Numbered from the whole stretch's first letter, positions 1 through 11,210 are shown. The stretch: 63,241 bases of DNA, filler included, from Octopus bimaculoides (GCF_001194135.2; 8 parts of 8 records of this genome joined end to end with filler, not necessarily neighbours in it), one strand, 5' to 3'. The notes: a model not told the origin generated them from the sequence alone. A program made the numbers and translations.

Positions 1-27
1 ACACATACATATATATATACATATATA

Positions 28-185
28 CGACAGGCTTCTTTCAGTTTCCATCTACTAAATCCACTCACAAGGCTTTGGTCGGCCCGAGGCTATAGTAGAA
101 GACACTTGCCCAAGGTACCACACAGTGGGAATGAACCCAGAACCATGTGGTTGGTAAGCAAGCTACTTACCACACAGCCACTCCT
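28..185 (-). mobile_element. tRNA-derived SINE family A, 5' half
   Basis: Reverse complement of AGGAGTGGCTGTGTGGTAAG...GGTTC..TCCCACTG...TTGGGCAAGTGTCTTCTACTATAGCCTCGGGCCGACC, with pol III A/B-box-like motifs; homologous to the full copy at 8949-9330. Confidence 0.85.
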
Positions 186-435
186 GTTTTTCATTAAATT
201 GAACCTTTTCCTTTCTTATTTTTTCCCTATATTTTTCATCATTCTGTCAAACACTTGCAATTAATATATAGAAGTGGGGCAAAATAGGTAATTGGGTCAA
301 AATGAATACTTTCCAATTTTTTATCATTTTCTTCCAACCTGTTTCAAACCATTACATTGCAATTATTGCATCACTATTTTGTACCATTTCGTCACTATTT
401 CATACCATTGCATCATCTTTGGGAGTTAAAATTGG

Positions 436-745
436 TCAGTGAGGAAATCTTTGATGGTAAGAGGTGTTAGAGTGAGAAAGGTGAGAGAGTTTATAAATGA
501 TAGGAAAGCTTGGAGAGTGTTTGTGGACAGATGAGCGAATTTGATGTTGCTCAAAGGGGTATGGAACCGGCATGATGTGGTAGGGGTAAACCAACATATG
601 CTGTTGGGCCCCGCTGCGGATATCAGGGGGTTGTATTCTATGCCTTGACCTTAGCATAGAACGGGGCTCACTTCTTTGAGCTGGGAAATGAATGGAACGC
701 CTGGTGTGTGTCTTGTTGTGGCCACCCCCTCCAAAAAAAAAAGAA
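436..745 (+). mobile_element. 3' end of an RTE-type LINE (C-terminal codons plus 3' UTR)
   Basis: Plus frame reads VRKSLMVRGVRVRKVREFINDRKAWRVFVDR*, with the DR..WR motif typical of RTE ORF2 C-termini. Confidence 0.55.
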
Positions 746-1004
746 GGGGGAATAGGCCTGGGTATATAAAAAAAAAGTAGTTTACAAAGTCATTGTTGAA
801 GTTGAAAGTTTGAAATTTGTGTGACAAGTACCTTTTTTTTTCAAGAAATTTTTCTTCAAATTTGACCTGATTGTAATTGAATCTGCTAATAAAATATCTG
901 GATAATTTTTGGTGTTTAACCAGAAATATGTGTTTCTATGTTTGATTCTATATCAATTTTTCTCCAAACTAATATTTTAATTTGATAATCTTCATGTCTA
1001 AAAC

Positions 1005-1835
1005 ACATTGGAAAAGAAGATTATAGGAGTTCAAAGACCCAGCAAACCAACAAAAATTTAGAGACATTCTACTGAGGGCCTCTGATGATAGAGAGGAGGA
1101 GAGGAGGAAGGGACATATAGCTTAAAGGACAACTGGAAGTTCCTGTCAGACAATTTACTGGGTGCCACTGACCAAATCTGTGGTTGGTGCAAAGGTGCAG
1201 CCAGGCCGAGGGTGACTTCGTGGCAGAACAAGGAGGTGGAGAGTACTATGAAAGCAAAGAGACAGGTTTGGAAGGAATGGAAAAATGGTGGAAGTAAAGC
1301 ATTATATCAGGGAGCCAGAAGGGAGGTGAAGCAAAAGGAATAGCAGAGGGTAAGATGTTTGCCAATGTTATGCAGTGTGAAGGATCAGGGGCGTGTGGTG
1401 TTCAGGGTTGCAAAGCAGTGTATCAGAGAGAATAGAGACGTGGTGGATGAGAAATGTGTGCGAGTGGATAATGGTATGCTTGTAGTTAGTAATCCAGAAA
1501 AGGAAAAATGCATGGAAGATACCACTATGAAAGACTGTTAAATGTGGAGAATGATTAGGAAAAGGGGAGCCTTTCAAATATTGAACCAATTGAGGGACTA
1601 GCCATCAGAGTGGATAGCAGTTTAGTAGATAAGACAATTAAGGATATGAAGGCAGGGGAAGCCCCTGGACCATCGGGTGTCACTGCTGAGATGATTAAAA
1701 TATCAGGCAGTATGGGAAACAGCTTAGTCACTCACATGGTTAATCAGGTTATTCAAGAAGGTGTTATCCCTGAAGACTGGTTTCGCAGTATTATAGTCAG
1801 CTGTTATAAGGGTAAAGGTGATGCCTTAGATAGAA
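1005..1835 (+). mobile_element. Decayed RTE-clade LINE ORF2 fragment (linker and start of RT)
   Basis: Frameshifted translation includes KDPANQQKFRD, ICGWCKG..RPRVTSWQNKEV, APGPSGVTAEMIK, VIPEDWFRSIIVSCYKGKGDALDR. Confidence 0.85.
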
Positions 1836-1977
1836 AAAGTGGTGGTAGTAGTAGAACCAGCAAACTATACTGTGTAGTCAGGAAAATCAAAAACAAACAA
1901 TGTGCATGTGCGAAATTAAAAATATAAAATGGTGACAATTTACCCATTGCATCCTGTATATATATACATATATATAT

Positions 1978-2462
1978 CATCATCATCATCATCATCGTTT
2001 AACGTCCGCTTTCCATGCTAGCATGGGTTGGACGATTTGACTGTGAGGACTGGTGCAACCGGATGGCTACACCAGGCTCCAATCTGATTTGGCAGAGTTT
2101 CTACAGCTGGATGCCCTTCCTAACGCCAACCNNNNNNNNNNNNNNNNNNNNNNNNNNNNNNNNNNNNNNNNNNNNNNNNNNNNNNNNNNNNNNNNNNNNN
2201 NNNNNNNNNNNNNNNNNNNNNNNNNNNNNNNNNNNCTCCGAGAGTGTAGTGGGTGCTTTTACGTGTCACCCGCACAAAAACGGCCAGGCTCGAAATGGTG
2301 TCTTTTATGTGCCACCCGCACAAGAGCCAGTCCAGGGGCACTGGCAACGATCTCGCTCGAAAACCCTACAAGGCCAGTCAGGCGGTACTGGCAACGGCCA
2401 CGCTCAGGATGGTACACCTTATGTGCCACCCGCACAAGAGCCAGTCACGGGCACTGGCAACG
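1978..2462 (-). mobile_element. Non-autonomous RTE-associated retroposon with internal hairpin-module array and (GAT)n tail
   Basis: Minus strand: repeated GCCAGT-x-ACTGGC and GTGCGGGTGGCAC modules, then AGCACCCACTACACTC..GGTTGGCGTTAGGAAGGGCATCCAGCTGTAGAAAC, ending CGGACGTTAAACGATGATGATG. Homologous to 4725-5112. Confidence 0.7.
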
Positions 2463-2607
2463 ATATATATATATATATATATATAGGACTATGGCCACTA
2501 AAGTGGACATTTAATGTGCTAGAAATAGACCACATGTTGTGTCTACTAAGACCTAATGGTTCTCAAAGGTGCAGGAGTGGTTATAGGCACAGGAGTGACT
2601 TATAGGT

Positions 2608-2762
2608 GCAGGAGTGGCTGTGTGGCAAGTAGCTTGCTTACCGACCACATGGTTCCAGGTTCAGTCCCACTGCGTAGCACCTTGGGCAAATGTCTTCTAC
2701 TATAGCCTCGGGCCGACCAAACAAAGCCTTGTGAGTGAAAGAACCCTGTCATATGTATACAT

Positions 2763-2814
<52 letters not shown>

Positions 2815-3530
2815 NNNNNNNNNNNNNNNNNNNNNNNNNNNNNNNNNNNNNNNNNNNNNNNNNNNNNNNNNNNNNNNNNNNNNNNNNNNNNNNNNNNNNN
2901 NNNNNNNNNNNNNNNNNNNNNNNNNNNNNNNNNNNNNNNNNNNNNNNNNNNNNNNNNNNNNNNNNNNNNNNNNNNNNNNNNNNNNNNNNNNNNNNNNNNN
3001 NNNNNNNNNNNNNNNNNNNNNNNNNNNNNNNNNNNNNNNNNNNNNNNNNNNNNNNNNNNNNNNNNNNNNNNNNNNNNNNNNNNNNNNNNNNNNNNNNNNN
3101 NNNNNNNNNNNNNNNNNNNNNNNNNNNNNNNNNNNNNNNNNNNNNNNNNNNNNNNNNNNNNNNNNNNNNNNNNNNNNNNNNNNNNNNNNNNNNNNNNNNN
3201 NNNNNNNNNNNNNNNNNNNNNNNNNNNNNNNNNNNNNNNNNNNNNNNNNNNNNNNNNNNNNNNNNNNNNNNNNNNNNGTGTGTGTGTGTGTGTGTGTGTG
3301 TGTGAGTATGTGTTTATGTGTTTGTATTTCCCCCCCCCCCAATATCGCTTGACAACTTATGCTGGTGTGTTTATGCCCCCATAACATGGCAGTTCAGCAG
3401 AAGAGACCAATAGAACGAGTACTTGGCTTACAAAGAATAAGTTCTGGGGTGGGGGATCGATTTGTTCGACTAAAGGCAGTGCTCCAGCATGGCCGCAGTC
3501 AAATGACTGGAACAAGTAAAAGAATAAAAG
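2608..3530 (+). mobile_element. SINE family A copy with an expanded internal (TA)n/(TG)n tract spanning an N-gap
   Basis: Head at 2608-2735 and 3' half at 3305-3530, both collinear with 8949-9330. Confidence 0.8.
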
Positions 3531-4050
3531 GATATATATACATACACACATAGATATATGTATGTGTGTATGTATGCATTTGAGTGTAAGCGCATACTCA
3601 AACACCACATAGGTGACAAAGAGTGTAACCACTTCAAAGGCTCAGAATACAGAATAATTGCTAAAATTCCTAGAAAAGTTTGTTAGTCGGTCAGCCTATA
3701 GTCAGCCTGCCAGTCAGTCTGTCCGTCAGTCTGTCCGTGTGTCTCGTTACACTGTTACTATTGTGCACTTCAGGTTGTCCATACAAATTCATTACTATGT
3801 AGATATCTATTTACCTATCTACCTGTTTATGCCATTCTCTCTCTCTCTCTCTCTGTTCATCTATCTATTCTATTCTTTCTCTCAGTTTGGTCTATCTGTC
3901 TCACTTTTTGTCTGTTAATTTATCTATCTATCTACCTATCTAAAATTCAATAATAGGATGAATTCTTTTACAAGAATTTATCAAGTAGCTAGCGTGAAAA
4001 AACCTCATAAGGGAAAAAATCCATCATTTATTCCCCCAAAATATATTTAT

Positions 4051-4198
4051 TTATATAAGGGCATTACTATATAATAACGCCTCATGCCATGAGGGACTCT
4101 AAGGTCAGACTACCATAAAAATGTGCTTTTTTATAGTAGTCTGACCTTAGAGTCCCTCATAGCGTGAGGCATTCTTGTATAGTAATGCCCTTATATAA
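4051..4198. repeat. Near-perfect 148-bp palindrome (71-bp arms, 6-nt loop); MITE-like or fold-back
   Basis: Arm 4051-4121 versus the reverse complement of 4128-4198: 6 mismatches in 71 bp by manual comparison. Confidence 0.9.
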
Positions 4199-4199
4199 G

Positions 4200-4384
4200 T
4201 GTGGTGGTGTGTTTACGTCCTCGTAACATAGCGGTTCGGTAACATAGCGGTTCGGTAAAAGTGACCTGTAGAATAAGTACTAGGCTTACAAAGAATAAGT
4301 CCTGGGGTCGATTTCTTCGACTAAAGGCGGTGCTCCAGCATGGCCACAGTCAAATGACTGAAACAAGTAAAAGAGTAAAAGAGT
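4200..4384 (+). mobile_element. SINE family A, 3' half
   Basis: GGTGTGTTTACGTCC...GAATAAGTACTAGGCTTACAAAGAATAAGTCCTGGGGTCG...CAAGTAAAAGAGTAAAAGAG; contains a 16-bp tandem duplication TAACATAGCGGTTCGG. Confidence 0.85.
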
Positions 4385-4724
4385 ATATATGCAATAATTC
4401 TAAAGGTGGAAAAGAATGCTTTTTAGCTGCTGAGAGATGTAATTTTATAATTAAAACTAAATTCAAAATTTAAATTTTGGAACATATCTCTTTATTTACT
4501 TGTTTACATAAAACAGTTTTCTATGCCTCACTGAAATAAGTTTAGAAGCAGAGATGTGTGTGAGTGTGTGTGTGTGTATCTGTAACATCAATAGGTCAAG
4601 CTAAGATCTTGTTCAGTGATGTGTTGAAAGAAGTAATTTGACCTCGAGACAATAAGCTCTTTGTATCAGTGTCAATTTATGCACATTCATGCTTACACAC
4701 ACACCCACTCACAAATACATACAT

Positions 4725-5112
4725 AGTCAGGCGGTACTGGCAACGGCCACGCTCAAAATGGTGTCTTTTATGTGCCACCCGCACAAGAGTCAGTCCAGCG
4801 GCACTGGCAACGATCTCGCTCGAAAATCCTACGAAGGCCAGTCAGGCGGTACTGGCAACGGCCACGCTCAAAATGGTGCATAGCACCCACTACACTCTCT
4901 GAGTGGTTGGTGTTAGGAAGGGCATCCAGTTGTAGAAACTCTGCCAAATTAGATTGGAGCCTAGTGTTGCCATCCGGTTTCACCAGTCCTCAGTCAAATT
5001 GTCCAACCCNNNNNNNNNNTTGCCATCCGGTTTCACCAGTCCTCAGTCAAATCGTCCAACCCATGCTAGCATGGAAAGCGGACGTTAAACGATGATGATG
5101 ATGATGATGATG
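4725..5112 (+). mobile_element. RTE-associated non-autonomous retroposon with an inverted 5' segment
   Basis: The 3' part 4883-5112 is sense with a (GAT)n tail; the module array 4725-4879 is in the opposite orientation relative to the copy at 1978-2462. Confidence 0.7.
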
Positions 5113-5693
5113 TGTGTTCTTGCTCCACTTATTCCATTTTGTTCTTCTAAGATGTGTATCCTTATGTACGCATATGTTCGTGTCCTTGTNNNNNNNNNNA
5201 ACCCATGCTAGCATGGAAAGCGGACGTTAAACGATGATGATGATGCATACATACACACGTGCACATACATATAGGTATACACACACACACATATATACAT
5301 TTTCAGGAGAGCTCTGTTGTTTTTCTTCTCTCTGTGTTATCCCAGAAGGGGAAATTGTAGCTGCTTTGGGACTGGGTAGTAAACTGCTTTTTAATTGAAT
5401 AAATTTTTGTCTCTCAGGTGGCAAACTCTATGGCAATTTATCATAAAAGAGAATCCCTTGCATTTTTTAAGAAGTCAAGATACCTTTGTATATTGAAAGA
5501 GAGCCTCTTCATGCCTGATTGGTGGGAGGTGTAGCCTTCCTGTGTTGAGTGTTACATGCCCTTCGTAGCAGGAGGCCCCCAATATTTATCACATGTCCGG
5601 GGCAATTCCCCCCTATAAATCTGGCCCTGGTTACATGTATTATTTAAAACAGTTTGATTTAGCTCCATGCAACTTTGGTCCTTCCTTCTAGAC

Positions 5694-5973
5694 CAGGGGT
5701 TTTCAAACTTTTTGACTTGCGGACCCCTTTATATTTCAGGCTTTACCTTAGGGACCCCCTTATAAATGCTTATGAAATTTATACATAAATATTTGCTTAA
5801 AATAACATATATTTTTACATTTATTTATTTAACAGTATTTAACAAAATAGGTTTATTGTCAATTAAAAGATTTCGATTAAAAAACATATATAAAATCAAA
5901 TTGCCCATAAAAAGTATTTGCTGTCCATGGACCCCCTGTCTTGTCCTTGCGGACCACAGTTTGAAAACCCCTG
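5694..5973. mobile_element. hAT (Charlie-type) MITE, 280 bp
   Basis: 16-bp TIRs CAGGGGTTTTCAAACT / AGTTTGAAAACCCCTG and a perfect 8-bp TSD TTCTAGAC (5686-5693 and 5974-5981), fitting the NTCTAGAN preference. Confidence 0.92.
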
Positions 5974-5983
5974 TTCTAGACTG

Positions 5984-6150
5984 CATGGTTCCAGGTTCAG
6001 TTCCACTGTCTGGCACACTGGGCAAGTGTTCTCTGCTATAGCCTCAGTCTGACTAAAGCCTTTCAAGTGTATTTGGTGGATGGAAACTGAAAGAAGCCCA
6101 TTATATATATACATACACACAATGGGCTTCTTTCAGTTTCCGTCCACCAA
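5984..6150 (+). mobile_element. SINE family A 5' half ending in a fold-back inversion
   Basis: CATGGTTCCAGGTTCAG...GGAAACTGAAAGAAGCCCATT followed by its own reverse complement at 6121-6150. Confidence 0.75.
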
Positions 6151-6567
6151 TTCTATGTTGTGGTGGAGACAACATGTTCTTTGTCTATCTCCTTAACTTC
6201 TTGGAGATTTTAGGTATTATTATACTAATGTGTCCATCTGTTCTAATTTAATTAAATTCTATGTCCTTGTGCAGCTGAGGATTGCTCTGCATTTTTAAAT
6301 TGATGTAATTATTACATTGTTCAATTAAATGGAGTTGCATGAAACGATCGTACTGCATTACCTCTGGATATCCTTGTTGCTTATTTTGATTTTAATCACC
6401 TTACTTTGAAATTGTATGGATAATACCGTACTAAATTCTGGTGNNNNNNNNNNNNNNNNNNNNNNNNNNNNNNNNNNNNNNNNNNNNNNNNNNNNNNNNN
6501 NNNNNNNNNNNNNNNNNNNNNNNNNNNNNNNNNNNNACGTATATATGCATATACTCATTTACTATTT

Positions 6568-6611
<44 letters not shown>

Positions 6612-7481
6612 GTATATATCTGTTTGTATATCTTTCTCTCTGTGTGTGTGTGTACGTGCGTTTCTGAATCTGTGTTTATTTCCTACCCATTGCGTGACAA
6701 TTGGTGTTGGTGTGTTTGTGAACTTAGGGGTTCGGCACAGGAACCGATGGAATAAATATCAAGCTTTAAAAAAAACAAGTACTGGGGTCGACTATAAATT
6801 CTTCAAGGCGGTAACCCCAGCATGGCCGCAGTCTAACGGATGAAGCAAGTACGAGGTAAAAGATATCTATCTATCTATTCATGTACATAATCGCACGCAC
6901 ACTCATTCTGAAGTCTTAGTTCGTGACATATTTCATCATCTTTTTCTTATCTGTAAAGATAGGCGGGTACACAACTAACTGGTTAGATACATGTATGTGT
7001 GTAGATGCATATGCAGCAATTAATATGTGTGCGTATATACAGTTGTGCAATCATCCATATGTATAATGAGGGCGGGCTTCCAAAAATTCTGTTTTAAAGC
7101 TATTGAATTAAAATCGTATTTCGTCATTTCGTCAGTCAGTCGCCGACTGTGAAACCAAATCCAAGTTTTCAAACCAACCCTCGAAAAGAACGTTAAACCT
7201 CGTGTTGCCCGGCATGGCGGATGAGAACAGCACTGCAACTATTAGCAAGAAGTAAGCCTTTTTTGACCCTTTGTTCATTTATCTGTGCGTGTATATATAT
7301 ATATATGTATATATATGCAGTGGTTGTGTATAGTGATGTACAAGTTGGCTTATATATGTAGTTTTTAATGTATGGATGTATATTTTTTCGTGGAGTAGAG
7401 AACAGACGGAGTTTAAACACAACGTGTCTCGTTCGCACCCCACGCACCGGCTATATGGGATGTATGTTGTGCTTGTGTGTG

Positions 7482-7512
<31 letters not shown>

Positions 7513-7619
7513 GGCATTGGCATAACTACAGGGTTTTACCCCCTAGACTTTGGGAGTAGTTATGCCTATATACATATATATATTATATACACAAACACGA
7601 ATATAGACGTGTGTGTGTG

Positions 7620-7653
<34 letters not shown>

Positions 7654-7736
7654 CACACATGCACAAACACGAATATAGACATGTGTGTATATATATATAC
7701 ATATGTATGTATATACATGAATATAAACGTGTGTGT

Positions 7737-7814
<78 letters not shown>

Positions 7815-7974
7815 AAATAATAAATGAGTATATGTATATATACGTACAAGTATGTGCATACCTACATCGATCTGTATATATAGGTGCATAAGAAAGAAAG
7901 AAAGAGACCTCGATATTATGCAAATAGAGGAATTTATCTGTAAAAATATGTGAATAAGTGTCACATGTTTACAG

Positions 7975-8007
<33 letters not shown>

Positions 8008-8318
8008 ATGAGAGTCATACATATACACATTAAATGATTGCATATTGAATGACCATCTTAATGATATATTTCATGTTTTTCCTGTTTATTCTATGCATGT
8101 GTGATTGGGGAGGCATTCTGTCTGCTAGTAATAACTACCAAATCTTATTGTCTCAGAAATACAATAGACAAAGAAACCCCAGCTACAGCACTAAGTCTGA
8201 CTAAAAGGCAGGATGTCCACAGAGGGAGCGCCTTTGATCATAAAATTACAGCAATACACCAGATTTGATCTCTTTTGGAACAGAGTTAAAGGAATTGAAA
8301 AGTGTGAGCCAGAGATCC

Positions 8319-8690
8319 TGTAGTCTTAGATACACTGTGCCTAAATAAAGGACAGGATGGTCATAGTTGGTATAACTTTGATCATAGGTCTGCTGGACCA
8401 GGACTGACCTTGGGCTAAACAGCAACAACAACAATGACTGAAGGACACATTGAATATTGTAGTCTTAGATACACCATGTCTGAATAAAAAATAGAATATC
8501 CACTTTGGGAATACCGTTCATTATAGGTCAGTTCGATCAGGACTAACCTGGGGCTAAACAATGACAGAAAGACACATTAGATAATGTAGTCCTAGATACA
8601 TTGTGTCTGAATAAAGAGAAGGTGGTCATGGCTGGAATACCTTTGGTATTTACTGGGTCAGGTCTGACCTTTTGGCTAAACAACAATATC
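8319..8690 (+). repeat. Three diverged tandem copies (about 130-140 bp) of a retroposon-like 3' tail
   Basis: Units start TGTAGTC(T/C)TAGATAC at 8319, 8458 and 8585; each ends ...GGGCTAAACA(AC)n. Confidence 0.75.
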
Positions 8691-8726
8691 AATGAGGAAG
8701 TAATACATGTCTGTACAAGTATATAA

Positions 8727-8862
8727 GGCTTGGTTGTGTGGTAAGAAGTTTTCTTCCCAGCCACATGGTTCTGGGTTCAGTCCCACTGTGTGGTACCTTG
8801 GCCAGGTGTCTTCTGAAACCTCAGGCCTACTGAAGCCTTGTGAGTGGACTTGGTAGACAGAA

Positions 8863-8906
<44 letters not shown>

Positions 8907-8948
8907 TTGTCCCCCACCACTGCTTGATAATCAATGTCAGTGTGTTTT
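8727..8948 (+). mobile_element. Older, diverged SINE family A copy, truncated by the younger copy
   Basis: Diverged head, central domain and microsatellite; ends at GTGTGTTT where the next copy starts. Confidence 0.7.
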
Positions 8949-9330
8949 AGGAGTGGCTGTGTGGTAAGTAGCTTGCTTACCAACCACATGGTTCCGGGTT
9001 CATTCCTACTGCGTGGCATCTTGGGCAAGTGTCTTCTACTATAGCCTCGGGCCGACCAAAGCCTTGCGAGTGGATTTGGTAGACGGAAACTGAAAGAAGC
9101 CCGTCGTATATATGTATATGTTTGTGTGTCTGTGTTTGTCACCCCAACATCGCTTGACAACCGATGCTGGTGTGTTTACGTCACTGTAAATTAGCGATTC
9201 GGCAAAAGAGACCGATAGAATAAGTACTAGGCTTACAAAGAATAAGTCCTGGGGTCGATTTGCTTGACTAAAGGCAGTGCTCCAGCATGGCCGCAGTCAA
9301 ATGACTTGAAACAAGTAAAAGAGTAAAAGA
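8949..9330 (+). mobile_element. Full-length tRNA-derived SINE family A (about 380 bp)
   Basis: tRNA-like head (TGGCTGTGTGG, GGTTCATTCC), central domain, short internal TA/TG tract, 3' half ending AAAAGAGTAAAAGA. Confidence 0.9.
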
Positions 9331-9604
9331 GGTTTGAAGTCAAGAAATTTTTTTTAATTAATTCTACTTTGCAGTTTTATTTTAGATATTTACATGGTGG
9401 GGGTAGTTGATAAGTTATCAGCAATTCTAGGAACAAGGGTCAATGACATAAGAAGTATGCTGACCTTGCACCCACTGCAGGGCTAAACTAAAAGACCTGT
9501 GTGTTTGCGTCCATGAAATACAAGATTTCGTGGAAATAGGTAGCAGAAAAGTGTGGTTGCTTACAGAAGAGGGGAAGGAGGAAGATTTGTTAGTGTTAGT
9601 GATG

Positions 9605-9998
9605 GGGCGTAACTGCAGTTTAGTGCCCGCCCTTGTAACTTTCCAGAAGATTTGTTTCTGTTTTGATGAAATACAGGCTATAGTGAAAATACACAGCTGA
9701 AAATTGCAGCTACTATAAAAATAGGCATTGTTGTTTGAAGCCAGTGAAAAAGTGTAACTATATTTTAGTGCGTCACTGCTTGTTTTCATGAAATGCAGGA
9801 CATAGTGAAACTACAGAGCTGTAAGTTGTCATAACTTCTCAAAGAAGTTGTTACAGCCAATGAAAAGGCATAACTATACTTTAGTGCCCCACTCGTTGAT
9901 TTCTGAGAAACCTCTGCTTGCTTCCATGAAATGCAGGACATAGTGAAACTACAGAGCTGTAAGTTGTCATAACTTCTCAAAGAAGTTGTTGCAGCCAT
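9605..9998. repeat. Tandem repeat with a 120-140 bp period, about 3 units
   Basis: CATGAAATGCAGGACATAGTGAAACTACAGAGCTGTAAGTTGTCATAACTTCTCAAAGAAGTTGTT is identical at 9787 and 9925; a diverged unit lies at 9666. Confidence 0.85.
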
Positions 9999-10771
9999 GC
10001 TGGGGCAATGCCTTGAAGGAATTCAGTCAAATGAATCAACCCCAGTACTTATTTTTTTCATTAAGCCAAACCACAAAGTTATGGGGGCATAAACAAACCA
10101 ACACCGGTTGTCAAATGGTGGTGGAGGGGGCACACACACACACACATATGATGAGTTTCTTACAGTTTCTGCCTGACAAATCCATTCACAAGGCTTTTGT
10201 CAGCCCAAGGCTACAGTGGGGGCCNNNNNNNNNNNNNNNNNNNNNNNNNNNNNNNNNNNNNNNNNNNNNNNNNNNNNNNNNNNNNNNNNNNNNNNNNNNN
10301 NNNNNNNNNNNNNNNNNNNNNNNNNNNNNNNNNNNNNNNNNNNNNNNNNNNNNNNNNNNNNNNNNNNNNNNNNNNNNNNNNNNNNNNNNNNNNNNNNNNN
10401 NNNNNNNNNNNNNNNNNNNNNNNNNNNNNNNNNNNNNNNNNNNNNNNNNNNNNNNNNNNNNNNNNNNNNNNNNNNNNNNNNNNNNNNNNNNNNNNNNNNN
10501 NNNNNNNNNNNNNNNNNNNNNNNNNNNNNNNNNNNNNNNNNNNNNNNNNNNNNNNNNNNNNNNNNNNNNNNNNNNNNNNNNNNNNNNNNNNNNNNNNNNN
10601 NNNNNNNNNNNNNNNNNNNNNNNNNNNNGAGGTTGGCTTTATCTCAGGTGTTGAGAGGCTAAAGGGACAGAAACAGATGCCTTGCTGTAGGAGAGATAAA
10701 TGGTTACGCCCCCCCCCCCCATTATGTAATGGTGGGTGGGAGTAACTGGAAGGTAGACACTGATGTTGGTA

Positions 10772-11210
10772 AGGCAGTAAGCTGGCAGAAACGTTAGCAC
10801 ACCGGGCGAAATGCTTAGCGGTATTTCGGCTGCCGTTACATTCTGAGTTCAAATTCCGTCGAGGTCGACTTTGCCTTTCATCCTTTCGGGATCGATTAAA
10901 TAAGTACCAGTTACGCAATGGGGTTGATGTAATCGACTTAATCCCTTTGTCTGTCCGTATTTGTCCCCTCTATGTTTAGCCCCTTGTGGGCGGTAAAGAA
11001 ATAAGAAACATTAGCAGGCCGGGCGAAATGCTTAGTGGTATTTCGTCTGCCACTGCGTTCTGAGTTCAAATTCCGCCGAGGTCGACTTTGCCTTTCATCC
11101 TTTCGGGGGTCGATTAAATAAGTACCTGTTATGCACTGGGGTCGATATAATCGACTTAATCTGTTTGTCCCCTCTATGTTTAGCCTCCTGTGGGCCATAA
11201 AAAAATAAAG
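10772..11210 (+). mobile_element. Head-to-tail dimer of tRNA-derived SINE family B
   Basis: Two copies of CGGGCGAAATGCTTAG.GGTATTTCG...TTCTGAGTTCAAATTCCG..GAGGTCGACTTTGCCTTTCATCCTTTCGGG..CGATTAAATAAGTACC; the second starts near 11006. Confidence 0.9.

Noticed and set aside
2614-3387. Numerous long ORFs rich in X, YI, CV, HT (also 41190-42429, 47528-48390 and others)
   Set aside because: They are artefacts of N-gaps and dinucleotide repeats lacking stop codons.
4962-5250. Apparent duplications of the retroposon 3' part across 10-N gaps
   Set aside because: Near-identical sequence on both sides of minimal gaps is most likely unmerged contig overlap.
8949-9020. tRNA-like heads as genuine tRNA genes
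   Set aside because: No complete cloverleaf or acceptor stem; they continue into SINE bodies.
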